64,000 nucleotides of DNA from Chiloscyllium plagiosum. Taxonomy: Eukaryota. Both the position numbers and the translations under genes were made by a program. The stretch spans positions 12,761,446 through 12,825,445 of the forward strand of contig NC_057753.1 of the NCBI RefSeq assembly GCF_004010195.1, in the 5' to 3' direction. The notes beneath the pieces were generated by a model. That model saw only the letters and a program-made list of their open reading frames with translations, had not been told where the DNA came from and did no database searches. How positions within the stretch are numbered: position 1 is the stretch's first letter; the number at the start of each line of letters is the position of its first letter. Shown here piece after piece: positions 51,410 to 64,000 of the stretch.

Positions 51410-54400
51410 AACATAATACCCGCAACAATTTCTATATTACCGAACCGAGCCCCCCAGCCACCCAAAATACTATCCAAACAGCCCTGGCGTCAGCAACAGG
51501 CTCTCCTCTACAGGTATCATATGTCGGTCTGACTACGCTTTTCCAACCAGCTACTAATGGACCACATAGCGGCTGGGCCCAGGACCCAGGCCTAGGCCAG
51601 GATTCAGGGTTCGTTGTGAATACAGGCCCGATCCGTCCTAGTGTCACGTGACCTCCTATTGCTACCGAACGTTCTCAGACCGTTCTCAGCCAACAACAAG
51701 TTCAAGGCCTGCCTATTCTGCCACGCCATCCGACGATTGCATTCATCTTCTCATCTAATATGGTGAGGGCGTTATCAGCGTAATTAATAAATGTCTGCTG
51801 AATGTAATATGTATAATCAATCATTTCAGCCTTCCTACTAATAACAATAGCAGGGATAAGCGACTCCTAGACCATGGGAATCTCATTTCTGAGCTTGAAC
51901 ACATTCGGGTTACCCTTTGGCTGACCAATGCTATCCACATGCACTGATAAGACCAGGGACATACTCCCGTTTCGGGCGGCATAAATTCGGTGAGAACAGA
52001 ATATCAAACTGAGCCCATGGCGATACAACAATCGCATGGAGCAGCATGACACTAGTGGAAGCATCATCCGAACCAAAGGCAAGCGCCCGACGCAGCCTCC
52101 ATTCCAGGCCACACATCCACCACCTTGTGGCTCAGGGAACAAACTGAGAACTCATAACTAACTCATCATGTATCACAGCGACATTAAAAGATGCCGCAGT
52201 CACAACATCAGTCGTATGCACACAAGGAACCCCAAAGTGGCCCACCAAAACAAAGCCACACCATCTGAAACACTCAAATTTCAACCATACCACATCTCAA
52301 ACTCAGCTATGAATAATGACTGGTGACTCGTACTGGTAGTCCAAGGAGTACCATAACAACAACACTCTCAAATGTGCTGCCACACAGACTCATCTGTTGA
52401 TAAATCATGGAAGCCTGGAGGACGAGGCACCAGAAAGGACAAAAAGGCCACACATATATGCTAAGTGATTCGGATCAAGCAGCCTAGAAAACCGACGCTG
52501 GCAGCGCCATTGAGAACAGTTGGAAGATTTATAAGATACAAAAACGAGAAAGTACAATGGCTGCAACTTAGTACACAGGAAACGGTCCTGTCTAGCCAAC
52601 ACACACATCCAAACCCCTACCTGGTACTCAAAGTCTGCAGCTCCAACTGATCCACCCTGTGGAGAAAAGCAGACTCATGGTCTGAACTGATCTCTGACAG
52701 TATGCCAAACCCCGTAATAACTTAAGTTGTTAAGAATTGTACCACTGTGCAATGCAGCTCAGACTGGGGTGGTTTAGCTTTAGACAGTAACGGTAAAAAA
52801 TCTCTCCTCCATTTTTCCCAAGCGTCCCAGATATAACGCTCTATGTGTACTATCCAACATACGAAATACTGGAATTCCTGGCTTCCTACAATACCAACCG
52901 AGAATTCACTCTTTCTACACTTAAGTACTTTTGAGTACATTCCAAATTCAATTCTGAACTCAGGAAAGGAATCCATACCTAACAATTTGATTGGCGCCCC
53001 CTTAGAGACTCAAAAAGGCAAGTCGACTGGTTTACTGTCCATTTGTAAACTTGCTGGAACTAATTTGGATGCGAGCATAAGAAATACAGTTAGCAAGTTT
53101 GCAAATTATATCAAAATTGGAGGTATAGTGGACAGCGAAGAGGGTTAGTTCATATTAAAGCAGGGATCTTGGTCAAAGGGCCAATGGGCAAAGAAGCAGC
53201 AGATGGAATTTAATTCCGATAAATGCGAGGTGCTACATTTCGGAAAAGCAAATCAGAGCAGGTCCTATACACTTAATGGTAAGGTCCTCGGGAGTGTTGC
53301 TGAACAAAGAGACCTTGGAGTGCAGGGTCATAGCTCCTTGAAAGTGGAGTCGCAGGTAGATAGGATAGTGAAGAAGGTGTTTGGTATGCTTTCGCTAGTT
53401 GGTCAGAGTATTGAGTACAGGAGTTGGAGGTCATGTTGTGGCTGTACAAGACATAGGCCACTATTGAATATTGCATGCAATTCTGGTCTCCTTCCCAACG
53501 GAAAGATGTTGTGAAACTTGAAAGGGTTCAGAAAAAAGATGCAAGCATGTTGCCAGGGTTGAAGGATTTGAGCGAGAGGGAGAGACTGAACAGACTGGGG
53601 CTATTTTCGCTGAAGCGTTGGAGGCTGAGGGGTGACCTTATAGAGGTTTACAAAATTATGAGGGACATGGATAGGATAAATAGACAAAGTCTTTTACATG
53701 GGTTTGGGGAATCCACAACTAGAGGGCATAGGTTTAGGGTGAGAGGGGAAAGATATAAAAGAGACCTAAGGGCAACATTTTCACACACTGGGTGGTATAT
53801 GTACGGAATGAGCTGCCAGAGGAAGTGGTGGAGGCTGGTAAAATTGCAATATTTAAGTGCATTTGGATGGGTATATGAATAGTAGGGGGTTGGAGGGATA
53901 TGGGCTGGGTGCTGGCAGGTGGGACGAGATTGGGTTGGGATATCTGGTCGGCATGGACGGGCTTGACCGAAGGGTCTGTTTCCACGCTGTACATCTCTAT
54001 GAATCTATGACTCTATAACTGTGGTTTTCCCAAGAATTCCACAGTGTCAATGTATTTTCCTGACATGAGAATGTGGGAGGCTTATTGCAGTTAGATGCAA
54101 GCATAAGCAGCTCCAGTATCTGTCATCATAGGCCTCAACTGTCCTTCTACACTGACCTGTACAATTGGATTCTGTTCAACTTTCTGTGTTATTATAGGAT
54201 ATTGCCCCTTCCTACTCTGGTTCTCTGGGCACCCCTAAACATCCTATACGAATTTACAGGTCGAATTCACGTCGGGCCTGTCGGGGTTTGTGGAGGGACA
54301 GACAGACGTTCCTGATTCATAGATCCACCCTGGGGCCGGGAGGACCAGGGCCAATATGGGCAAGCTCTTTTTTTATCATCCTTGTTGCTAACTCCCCCAA

Positions 54401-57090
54401 CACACTAGTTCTGATCCTCTCTGAGTCGAACTTCTCCCCATACTCTTTGACCCCACACCTCTTTGTCCCTGACCTTGGAGACCTCAGTTCTATCTGTGTT
54501 ATTGATTAAGTTCATTTTGACTTGGTATGGTACCTCTGGAAAAGTACCTGCAAAATTGTTTATTTTTGGCATAGCGTTTTCTGGCACTTGCCAGGAGGTG
54601 TTAGTGGGTTCAGTCTGGACCGGTACGTTGTTCATTTCATTAGCGCTGATCAACCTAGTTGTCACTGGCAACATCATCTTGCTTTTCTCTCTTTTCATTT
54701 AAAGTTCCTCGAGCTGTATTAGTGTCAACTTGCTTTGCACTGCCTCCTGTTATTCAGCCAGCTTCTTTAGCCTTTTTGATATCTTTCGACTGCATAGACT
54801 ACGTGATCTCAGAATTCTTTGAGGGCAATGGACGTTAGATCCACTACCTCCTCCAGCTAAAATTTGACTTGAGGGGTCATTGCCTTCCCGATAGCAATCC
54901 AAAGCATGGTGATCAACATTGGCTAACTTCCACATTTTGTTCTGTTTCAAGCCACCACCTTTTTAACTGTTTTTTAAGATCGGCTGCTGGCTTTTCAGTA
55001 TCTCCCAGTGAATCCTCTCTGAAAGCTTTGTGATTGATCTGAGGTGAGTAGAGTCTAAGGGCCTGCCGTACCCTTTGTCTTACTTGGTCAAACCCAGCAG
55101 AATCAATTATCAGCCTGTCCACCACACTTGTTAGGCGGGATAGGTCCATTATCACTCTTAATTTTGGAATCCCCATTACTTTACTTAGCAGTGCCTTCAA
55201 ATATATCACAGCCAACAACCGTGGTTTGGTATTCAAAGGCTATAATCCACTTTCCTGCTCTGTCATATAAACTGCAGAACACATATTTCAATTCTTCCAG
55301 ATCCTGGGTTCCCCAATTAATGAATTGCTGCTGTCTCACCCTTTTTTATACGCAATGGCAGTATCTCCCCCGTGGGGGCTTCTTTCCCTTATTAAAACTT
55401 TTTTAGTGTGACTCATCTGATTCCAATTCTGACCCTACTTGTATTACCTCCAATTCTTTTCCAACTTGTTGTGCTCGGGCCTATCTTCTTGCCTGTGTTA
55501 CTGCCTCCTCTGTTCCCCTCCGCCTATCACTCTTTGCCTGTCTCTTCTCAACACTCCTGGAATGACTTACAAATACCTCATAGTCTCTTGGTTCCCGTAA
55601 CATGCGTAACGTCCGAATTTCACATCGCAATCTCTCTTTCTCCAATTGTAAAGCTTTTAATTCTGTTTGCCTCCTCGCCTGTTCTACCGCTTGTTTTCTT
55701 CAGATATTTATTGTCATAATTGAACTGGGATTGAATATGATAGTTGCTGTGTGGAATGGGTCAGTTTCTTCCCAATTCACTCCCCCTCTATCGCTATTGT
55801 CCCCTTTATTACAGGATAGTGTGTTACTTTCTCTTCACTTGATTTGGGAGAAGAATTTTCTAATTCTTTAATTCGGGTTTCAAAAGTGTTTTCTCTTGCT
55901 GAGTCTTCATATCCAAAGGCTCTCTGTTCTGCTCTAAAAACGTGGAGACTTTTCCTTCCAAAGTCTTTGTTTCCAAAAGCTGTTCGTTCTGCTCTCTGGC
56001 ATTGTTCGTATGTACATTTATGTATCTCTAAGTATGATCCAGTCCTTTTTTTAAAAAAAGAACATCACAGTCCAGTAGCACTTTCGGAAACTTGCCTTTT
56101 CTCTACCATTTTACTTTTAATATTCTACAACCATTCTACCTGCTTTCAGTACGATTCAAAGTCACTAATACTATCAGTAAAATAATCCTTACCCGTAATC
56201 TGCCCGTACAGTTCCCTGATTTTACTTTTCTTTTTGATTAGTTTTATTTATTTTCCTTTATTATTTCAGGACGGCATCCACGGAACTTATACACACCACG
56301 TGGAATTTTTCCTCAGTCCCTTTATTCAATACCTCCTCACCCACCCCATGCACTTTTCCTGAACAATCCTCTGCGTCTCCTCAAACTGTAATTTACCATC
56401 CAACGTATGATTCTTTGTATTGGAGGGATGCACCAGCACCTTTCTTTGCACTTCTATGTTTCTATGAACGTCCCTTACTTGACATAATATAGACCAAATT
56501 AGCAGCAAAACGCTTACCCTTTCTTTTGTGGTTGCCCAATCATTTTATTCTATCTGCCTCAGGATAGTCTTCGGTTCAACTGGAAATTGCCCTGCAGCTG
56601 CAACCTCTTTATACAGGGAAAGGTCTCTTCCCGGTTCCATCTGGGGTGCCAAATTTGTTGTTGGAGAATCACTCAAAGTTCTGTAAAAATTACGAGGATT
56701 CGCAAAATATACCTCACGAAGCTAAATTTTAATTTGCAAAGAAAAGCTGTGGAAATAAGCTAATTGCTACCTGATTGCCCACCAAACCTTTATCCCACTG
56801 CAGTTTATAATGTTGTTGTTCCCGCACCTCTCAGATAACATTAGTGCAACCAAGCGTACTTGCTTTGTCTTTCTAAACTATTCATCGTCTGCCACACTGG
56901 TTCCCTACATTACACTTAATATAGCAAATTACCCCATCATCGGTTTCAGCATTAGCTCATCTATCAGTGATTTAACTAGCCCATCACAGTGCATTAGCAT
57001 TATCTGTTACTGGAGCCCGGTAATATCATGCCGGGCATGCATTATAACACTGAGTTAATAACATAACTGCCTTAGTAACTTCCATAGTCA
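51410..57090 (-). mobile_element. Internally deleted retrovirus-like provirus (5' LTR-PBS-gag-TAG-pro...IN relic; 3' LTR missing)
   Basis: LTR 57090-56656; PBS TGGCACCCCAGATGGAAC (56651-56634); decayed gag with CWG..CP knuckle relic ~54400-54355; TAG GGG TGC CCA at 54237; protease MMTDTGAAY (DTG 54120-54112) and PIKLLGMD ~52995; LHCT 52757-52746; integrase fragment FGILSEISSDHESAF..FGCV ~52715-52600. No RT or RNase H seen. Confidence 0.8.
53062..54017 (+). mobile_element. CR1-type LINE inserted in the proviral protease
   Basis: VSKFA, MEFNSDKCEVLHFG and LFSLKRWRLRGDLIEVYKIM motifs; (CTCTATGA)-type tail; AACT on both flanks. Confidence 0.92.
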
Positions 57091-58052
57091 TCATGATGAT
57101 TGCCTTTGAAATGGATTTCGTTTAAAAAATTGGACCAGTTCAATGTTAAGGAAAAAAAATGCTGTTGAAGTCTGAAGCAGAAATGATGATCTCTAAAACG
57201 TTCCTCGGAATAAAGTCACTTTACGATTCTATTGTGATTGCGTAATAATACTTTAAATCCATACATCAACTTTGATAAGTTCAGTTTCGGTACAAAACTG
57301 AGTGGTGCAGACTTAGTGTTGCTAAGTTAATTTGAGGTAACTGGAGTGGAACAGCAATATCTCATTTGCGGTTGTAAATGCTCAGCATTTGACGGATTCC
57401 ATTATCTGTGTATTCATGTCAAGATTCCTGTTAGGACCCGACCCATTTCGCGTAAAAATCATGAATTGAAGATAATTCTTAATATATTCTAAAGGTCTTC
57501 TGGACACGAGCAGCAAAGTAATTTTGCATTAAGTAGGTTTACCAGTTTTCCTTTTCTGTTGAAAAGGAAAGTTGAACATAAAACTTTACAGACACTCTTC
57601 AGCCATGGCTATGGTCTCCAGACACTCGATCTGCACGTCGGACACCTGTGGGCACAGACGAATAAAGTATGAATTAGTAACGGGCATCCATCAAAGCGAG
57701 TTTCTACGTGAGCAATTATATGTGTCTCTAAATTTCCTAGCTGTGATTTCTATGGATATTTCATCTCAGTAATAATATAAAACACAATTTCAGACGTTGA
57801 AAAAATAATCTAAAATATATGTCAACCAACATAAACTAACACAGTCTCTCTCAATTAAAAGAAAACGATTAATATGATTTAAAAAGTTTCGGAGTGTATT
57901 TCTGTTCAAAAGTTTCAATGAGTTGAGACTGAGTTGCAAAGAAGAGAGCGAGCACGGTCTCTGTTGAACTCATTCTTCACGACATTCAGTTCATCCATAC
58001 AGTAGAGGGGCTCGGACCACATTCACTGAACATCATTCAGGGGAGAGATGTC

Positions 58053-58168
58053 CATTGAGACCTCACTCACTGCATAGGAACAACCTCATTATGACCTCAC
58101 TGACTACTTGGGGACAGGTCCATTGTAACCTCAGTCACTGCAGGGAAACAGCCTCATTATTACCTCAC
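58053..58168 (+). repeat. 34-bp minisatellite, 3.4 copies
   Basis: Units start CATT at 58053, 58087, 58121 and 58155 (CATTnnnACCTCAnTnACT..). Confidence 0.85.
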
Positions 58169-61100
58169 ATATTTCGTGGTATCAGGTTCATTGTGAAATC
58201 AGTCAGGTCAGAATGCCTCTTGGTTTTGGTGCTACCATCACACGAGACTCGACGTCCAGTTGAATTCAACTGGATAACATGGGAATGTCCCAATGAATGT
58301 TTTCAGAATTTATTGATTGCCAGAAATAACCTGCAGTCTTTCCCGTAAAATTGGTTTGGTGCTGCGTAGTTTGACAGTTTATCACTCTTGGTGATTACAT
58401 CTGCTGGTAATTAAATTTATTTTTAATGATTGCCTGTGAGCCATCAGTCACTTCCCATGCAGGAGAATAGGGAAAGTGATGGTGTTGTGGGAGTATCGCT
58501 GGACTGTTAATCTCGAGATACAGCTGATGCTTTGGGGTCTCAGATTGGGACAACACCTTGTCAGAGGGTGGAATTTGAATTCAATAAAAAAAAACGTTGC
58601 ATTAGAGATCTAATGATGATCATGAATCCGTTGCCACTTGTCAGACAAACAGTCACTATTGTCTTTTAGCAAGGAAGCTGCAATTTTCACCTGACCTGAT
58701 TTACATTTAAATCCAGACCCACAGTAATGTGTTTAATTCTCAACTCCACTGTGGTCAATTAGAGATGGGCAATAAATGCTGCTCGAGCCAACGATGTGCA
58801 GACCCTATTAATAAAAATTAATATCAAAGTTGGCTGTGTCTCTGGAGGTTAGAACAAATGAAATTAAGACGGGGGCCCGAGTTCAGTTTCTGGTGCGAGT
58901 ACAAACTCTGAGCAGATTTACTAGAAAATGACAACCGCTGTAACAGTGCGGTGGTACCGTCTAGATTTCTAAGTCAGGAAATCTCATTTGATTCAAAAGT
59001 GCTAAATGAAACATCTCAACATGTTGTCTGAAAAACAATATGGAAACCACCATTGCACGTGACATGAAGGACTTCAATCTTTGCAGGGAAACGAAAATGA
59101 TGTTATCCTCTTTAGCAAAGAGAATTGAAGAAAGTCTTTGTGTGTTCAAAGCTGTGCTCTGCTGACCGAACGATTGTTCCTGGTTATTTCCATCCAAACT
59201 AACAATAGTTTGACAAGGATTATTACAGTGAAGAGTAAGTTTTATTTCGGAAAGTATGAAATTTAACTATCCGAAACAGCGAATCTAAAATGATCAAGCA
59301 AACAATTCCATGTTAAATCGCCAAAGGAAATTGTCATGAATTGAAAAGTAAATGAAATATCAAAAAGTGAAAGTGAAAAACGATGTCAATAGGCATTTGA
59401 AACATGGGCCGGCAGAATGATCTGAACTATTAATGCGTTTACTGACTCTTTTTTACTCTATTCACTTTATACCGTATCTCCATCTGTATTCCCTCTTTCA
59501 GCTATTCTTCATCAGTTAACAGTGAACAGGTGTAGGATGCAGACAGAATTCTCGAGATCTAGGCATTACTATTCTCACTTCATCACCGTAGCTGCAACTG
59601 AGAGCCATTACACACCTTCTTCCCTCTTTCGGTTTTATAGTTGTTTGGCACACAGTTGTCGTTTGCTGTGACCAATATGCGCTGAATTCATGAATCAGGA
59701 AATTGCTGCTGCTGGTCCATTTCGGTCATTGGTTAGATCAGCAGCGAAATGAGACAAGCGTCTATAATTCTGTTCTGACTAAATGTTTCCTGGTTAAAGG
59801 CTGATAGACTTAGGAAGCATCAATCGGAACGATTTCACACCTTCTCCTCAACACAGTTGCTATGTATTCTCAATAACACTTCATTCTCCACATGCCTGCT
59901 ACAAAGTCTGTAACAGCAGTAGTGATGCGCTGATGCTGATGAAAAAAATGGTTACGATGATCTACATTAAGAGCTGATTGTTGGTACCGCTATTAAATCT
60001 AGTTACAGGTGTAATAGGAAATAGTGCAACATCAAATTTTTGATATCACTGTTGAAGAAGAAATTGATGACACATGAAAATAATTCTTTAAAAGAAATAT
60101 TCACCATTCACCAAAGTCTGCATCTACGCATTTTCTAACAACCATGTTTTGTGTCATTGAGAACAGGAATTTCGAAATCGCCAATTGGTTTTTCTTCTGT
60201 GTTTAATAGAACCGACAAAAGTACCAAAGTGACAATCGACACTACCCTGAACTTTGACATTGCCGTCATGAGCACATATAATGCAGCAAAGATTCTGATC
60301 AAACAACATAATGATATTTCCACGTATTGCTCACCAGAGAATGCCATTTTACCGTGAAACATTTGAAATCATTTAAAGTCCACGGTCTCCCTCAAAGTAA
60401 ATGCAACTTTCAACACCGTGTGGTCGCTGGTCCCCATGAATGTCTTCATGACGAGATAATTATTTAGACTTATATCGTTACACAATGCCATATCTATTAA
60501 GACCTCCTGCCCAGTCAACTCCACAACAAGCTGTTCTCATAACCTGTCCTGAAAACTTCTGTGAGCTCTCTATCCAGGCTACATTTAGCAATTTGACATT
60601 AACAGCATAACTATAGATGATAATATCCCATGATTACATCGTAATTCTTAAAAGTGAACATCATTTCTTACTTTATGCGCCACGTACATCCTGTGTGAGG
60701 TGGTGTGTCCAGATTTCCTGATCTGAAAGTTTCACTTCTCTATCTGAAACGTATTTCACATTCTATTCCCTCTAAGTTGGTCTTCTCTTTGATAATGCTT
60801 ATTGTATAATTAATAAATATAGCAACCCTTCACCTTTTTCTGTCCTCCTATCCTTCTGAACTATCCTATAAGCTTCCATAGTCAGGTACCATTCCATGTC
60901 ATTTTTCAGAAATGTCTTTGTTGTGGCTACTAGAATGCACTTACTTGTTTGCATTTGCACGTTTGCTTACCTATTCAGTTGTGAGTTTAATGGGCATTCA
61001 GATCTAGTGGCACTTCACACTTTATAGTTTCTGTTTGTTATCGAGCTTTTTCTCTTCATTTTTGTATTCTTAGATTTGTAAACTTTACAACCTAAAGTAA

Positions 61101-61966
61101 TGGTCAGGATGGCATTTTGTCATATGTCAACAATTTTTTTTCTTCCGCTCTTTGAGCTACCACGCTCTCCGAAATTTCATTGATTTTCCTTCATCATTTA
61201 AGTTCAAATGTTCTGTGCTTTCCTAGTTATGTCATTCACATTAACAGAAGCCCCAGCGGTATTCAGAGTAATGTTGTCTCATCCGTGCAAATCCCATGTT
61301 CTCCAGTACAGGTTCTGACCCTTGACTTTTTGCACACCAATCTTTTAAAAACATTACTCACTTCAATAACTTTATTTTTCCTAACCCACATAGTTCATGA
61401 ATAAACCGAAGATTAAATACAAAATTTGACGTTCTGATTCATAGTTTATTGTCTCGTACCTCGTGAAGCTTGTACAGAACCTTTTTTATTTATCTACCTA
61501 TGCCGTACCTACATTTGAGTCTCATGAAGATGGGATCCTCTCCCTCCAGGTCCTGTCCGCCTTAATGCACGCTCCTCTCCCTTAGATTATCTACTAAAAT
61601 CTGGAACCAGTCAGGCAGCACAATGATCCTGAAAGGGATCCATAGGGTAGATAATGAGTGGAAATCTATTCTTGTTGAGGAATCTACAACAGAGGGGATA
61701 ATTTTACTGAAATGAGCAGTCCAATTCAATCGAGATTTGGGGAGAGTTTATTTTCTTTGCTGGTCATCGTTCTTTGGGATTCTTTTTCTGTGAGTTTAAA
61801 GCCTTCTAATTTACAGTGGCTAATTAAAGGGTGAAGAGACAAACTGTCGGAAAAAGCGAGATAGAGCAAGATGGTGACAAAACACGTACAAACAATCAAG
61901 GAATAAATTGGAGGCACTCAACTATATTTATTCCTTAACAAAGTATCTCATCCACAGTTGATTTCA

Positions 61967-62405
61967 GATCTGAGAAACCAACCAATTGCAACTAGGAGTC
62001 ATACTGTTGAGTTTGTTAGTAAGTAAAGATTGGTTCTGATCTGCACTTAGTCCCTGATATCAGACAGTAAGTGCTAAAGGTTTTGAACAGTGCATTATTT
62101 GCTGTTGAACAAACTATTCTCTATGCGATTTACTGATATTCATGGCTATGCTGCCGGGTGAATCTGCGCTGAAACAGTACATGTTTTATTGCAGTTTTAT
62201 GCACGAATAATTTCGATACATTTTACCTGTTTGTTGCAGGAGCGAGTGACCAAGATTTAGTTTTCCAAATCCATTTCAGTTTAAACTTCATGAAGAACAG
62301 ACCCTAAAACCGAACTGTCGCTACATAACAAAATACAATGGACGAACTCTCTTGGAACATGCAGTTACCAGAGTGAAATCTGAGATATTTATAAGGAGAG
62401 TAAAA
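61967..62405 (+). pseudogene. 5' half of a TCR V pseudogene (family of 15054-15525), cut by CR1 insertion
   Basis: Leader-like QLQLGVILLSLL with GTAAGT at 62019; acceptor TTGCAG at 62239. Exon reads ASDQDLVFQ, then HEEQTLKPNCRYITKYNGRTL and WNMQLP in shifted frames (compare ASGQD..QEGQTVILNCNYRTT..WYIQYP). Confidence 0.75.
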
Positions 62406-64000
62406 CATAGCACATTGAGCATAGAACGATATAGCACAGTACAGGCTCTTCGGCCTTCGATGTTCTGCCGAGCTCTTATCCTAAACTAGGATCAGACTAA
62501 CATTCATTGCACAAATGTCGCTAATGTACCTGACACTACTACCACAGTTGGCAATGCATTCCATGCACCCACCACTCTCTGTGTAAATAACCGACTTCTG
62601 AAATCTTCCTCCAATCGCCATATAATTATACCTCCTCATAACAGACACTTTTGCCATGGGAAAAAAGTCTCTGGAAATCCACTCTATCTCCACCTCTCAT
62701 CATCTTGTGCACCTCTATTAAGTCATCTCTCATCATTCTTCATCCAATGAAAAACGCTCGAGCTCCCGCAGCCCTGCTTAATATGACATCTCAGGTTACA
62801 GCAGGATCTTGACCAGTTGGACGAATAGGCTCAGGATAGGCAGATTAAGTTTACTTCAGGAAAATGCAAGTTGCTGTATTTTGGAAAATCAAATCAGAGC
62901 AGAGTGGGTCTGTGTTCACTGGAGCGTCGGAGGCAGAGGGGTAACCTTACAGATGTTTATAATATCATGAGGGGCATAGATGAGGTAAATACAAAAAGTG
63001 CTTTGTTGCCCTGGGGTGAGAGAGACCAGAACTAGAGAGCTTATGTTTAGGGTGAGAAGAGAAAATGGATCTAAGGGGCAACACTTTCATGCAGAGGGTG
63101 TGCAGAGGGTGGTGTGTGTATGGAATGAACTGTCAGAGCAAGTGGTGGAGGCTGGTACAATTGCAACATCTAAAAGGCATTTGGATGGGTATATGAATAG
63201 GAAGGTTCAGAGGAATATGGGCCAAGTGCTTGCAAATGGGACTAGATAAATTTGGGATATCGGGTAGGCACCGACGAGTTGGACTCAAAAGGTCTGTTTA
63301 TGTGCTGTACATCTCTATGGCCCTCTGACATGTTCTACAATCCAGGCAGCATCCTGGTAGCTCTTCTCTACATCATTTCTAAAGCTTTCACATCTTTCGT
63401 ACAATGAGGCGACGAGAATTGACTACAATATTCCAAGTATGGTACAACCAGGGCTCTGTAGAGCTGCAGCATATCCACCCAGCTTTTTAGCTCAGTCCCC
63501 TTGCTAATGAAAGCCAACGCACTATGTGCCTTCCGAACACAGAGCAGTGGAAGAGGGAAGGTATTTCACTTCTAGCTTGGGTGGCAGATTTGAGGGATCT
63601 ATGAATATGGATATCAAGATTCCTCTGCTCCTCCACGCTGCCAAGAATCCGGCCTTTAATCCTGCGTTCTCCATTCAAATTCGAATTTCCAAATGGAATC
63701 ATTTCACACGTTTCCACGCTGAACTCTATCTGCCAATTACCAAACCAGTTCTGCATCCTGTTGAAACCTCCAACAGCCCTCAACACTATCCAAAATTTCA
63801 CCAACCTACGTTTCATCGGCAAATTTACTAACCCACTCTTCCATTTCCTCCCCAAGTCATTTGTAAAAATTACTAAGGGCATAGGTCCCAGAACCGATCC
63901 CTATGGAACACCACTGGTCACCAAGTTCCAAGTTGAATACTTTCTATCTAGTACCAGCCTCTGTCTTTTGTGGGTCAGGCAATTCTATATCGAATCAGCC
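62406..64000 (-). mobile_element. CR1-type LINE (minus) interrupted by an opposite-strand CR1 fragment at ~62792-63325
   Basis: CATAGAAC tail at 62406-62435; minus-strand RT relics (NWQIEFSVETCEMIPFG, GVP.GSVLGP near 63910-63885). The plus-strand insert has ERRRQRG and its own CTCTATG tail. Confidence 0.85.

Larger units (their letters stand above)
41815..59205 (+). repeat. Tandem segmental duplication of a V-gene cassette: unit 1 ~41815-48520, unit 2 ~48520-59205
   Basis: Colinear homology: 41846 CTGGCTGGCTTCCCTCTGAGCCAGTGTAG vs 48541 CTGGCTGACTTCCTTCTGGCCCAGTGTAG; GGAGTTCAGcCCAGAGATCAT at 42244/48949; the V genes; CACCTGTGGGCACAGA at 47477/57643; ends 48490-48520 vs 59170-59205. Confidence 0.9.

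Noticed and set aside
51410-51828. 3' LTR of the provirus (purine run AGTAGGAAGG followed by TG on minus)
   Set aside because: No similarity to the 5' LTR at 56656-57090 or to the solo LTR at 3765-4195.
58053-58168. CRISPR-like array
   Set aside because: Eukaryotic context, contiguous degenerate units without unique spacers, and no cas genes.

Overview
Vertebrate DNA, almost certainly from a cartilaginous fish (shark-type HE1-like SINEs, CR1 LINEs and a GPR139-like GPCR; species not determinable). The window is a repeat-dense slice of a T-cell receptor alpha/delta V-gene array. I can trace ten leader+V(+23-type RSS) segments in both orientations. Two are in frame: 6548-7008 on minus, which has Leu in place of the invariant Trp41, and 43097-43576 on plus. 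The other eight are pseudogenes or relics. No D, J or C segments are seen. An intact two-exon GPR139/142-like GPCR (321 aa, minus) sits inside the V array, and the 43.1 kb and 49.7 kb V genes lie in a ~6.7 kb tandem duplication. Mobile DNA comprises two decayed Gmr1-type Gypsy elements (integrase before RT), solo LTRs, a palindromic Penelope-type insert with a hammerhead-like core and an 11-bp TSD, and many CR1, Rex1 and SINE fragments. There is also a deleted retrovirus-like provirus (tRNA-Arg PBS, gag-TAG-pro readthrough, HxT motif, integrase relic) whose LTR family recurs as a solo LTR at 3.8-4.2 kb. All assignments come from manual reading and motif recognition; no searches were run.
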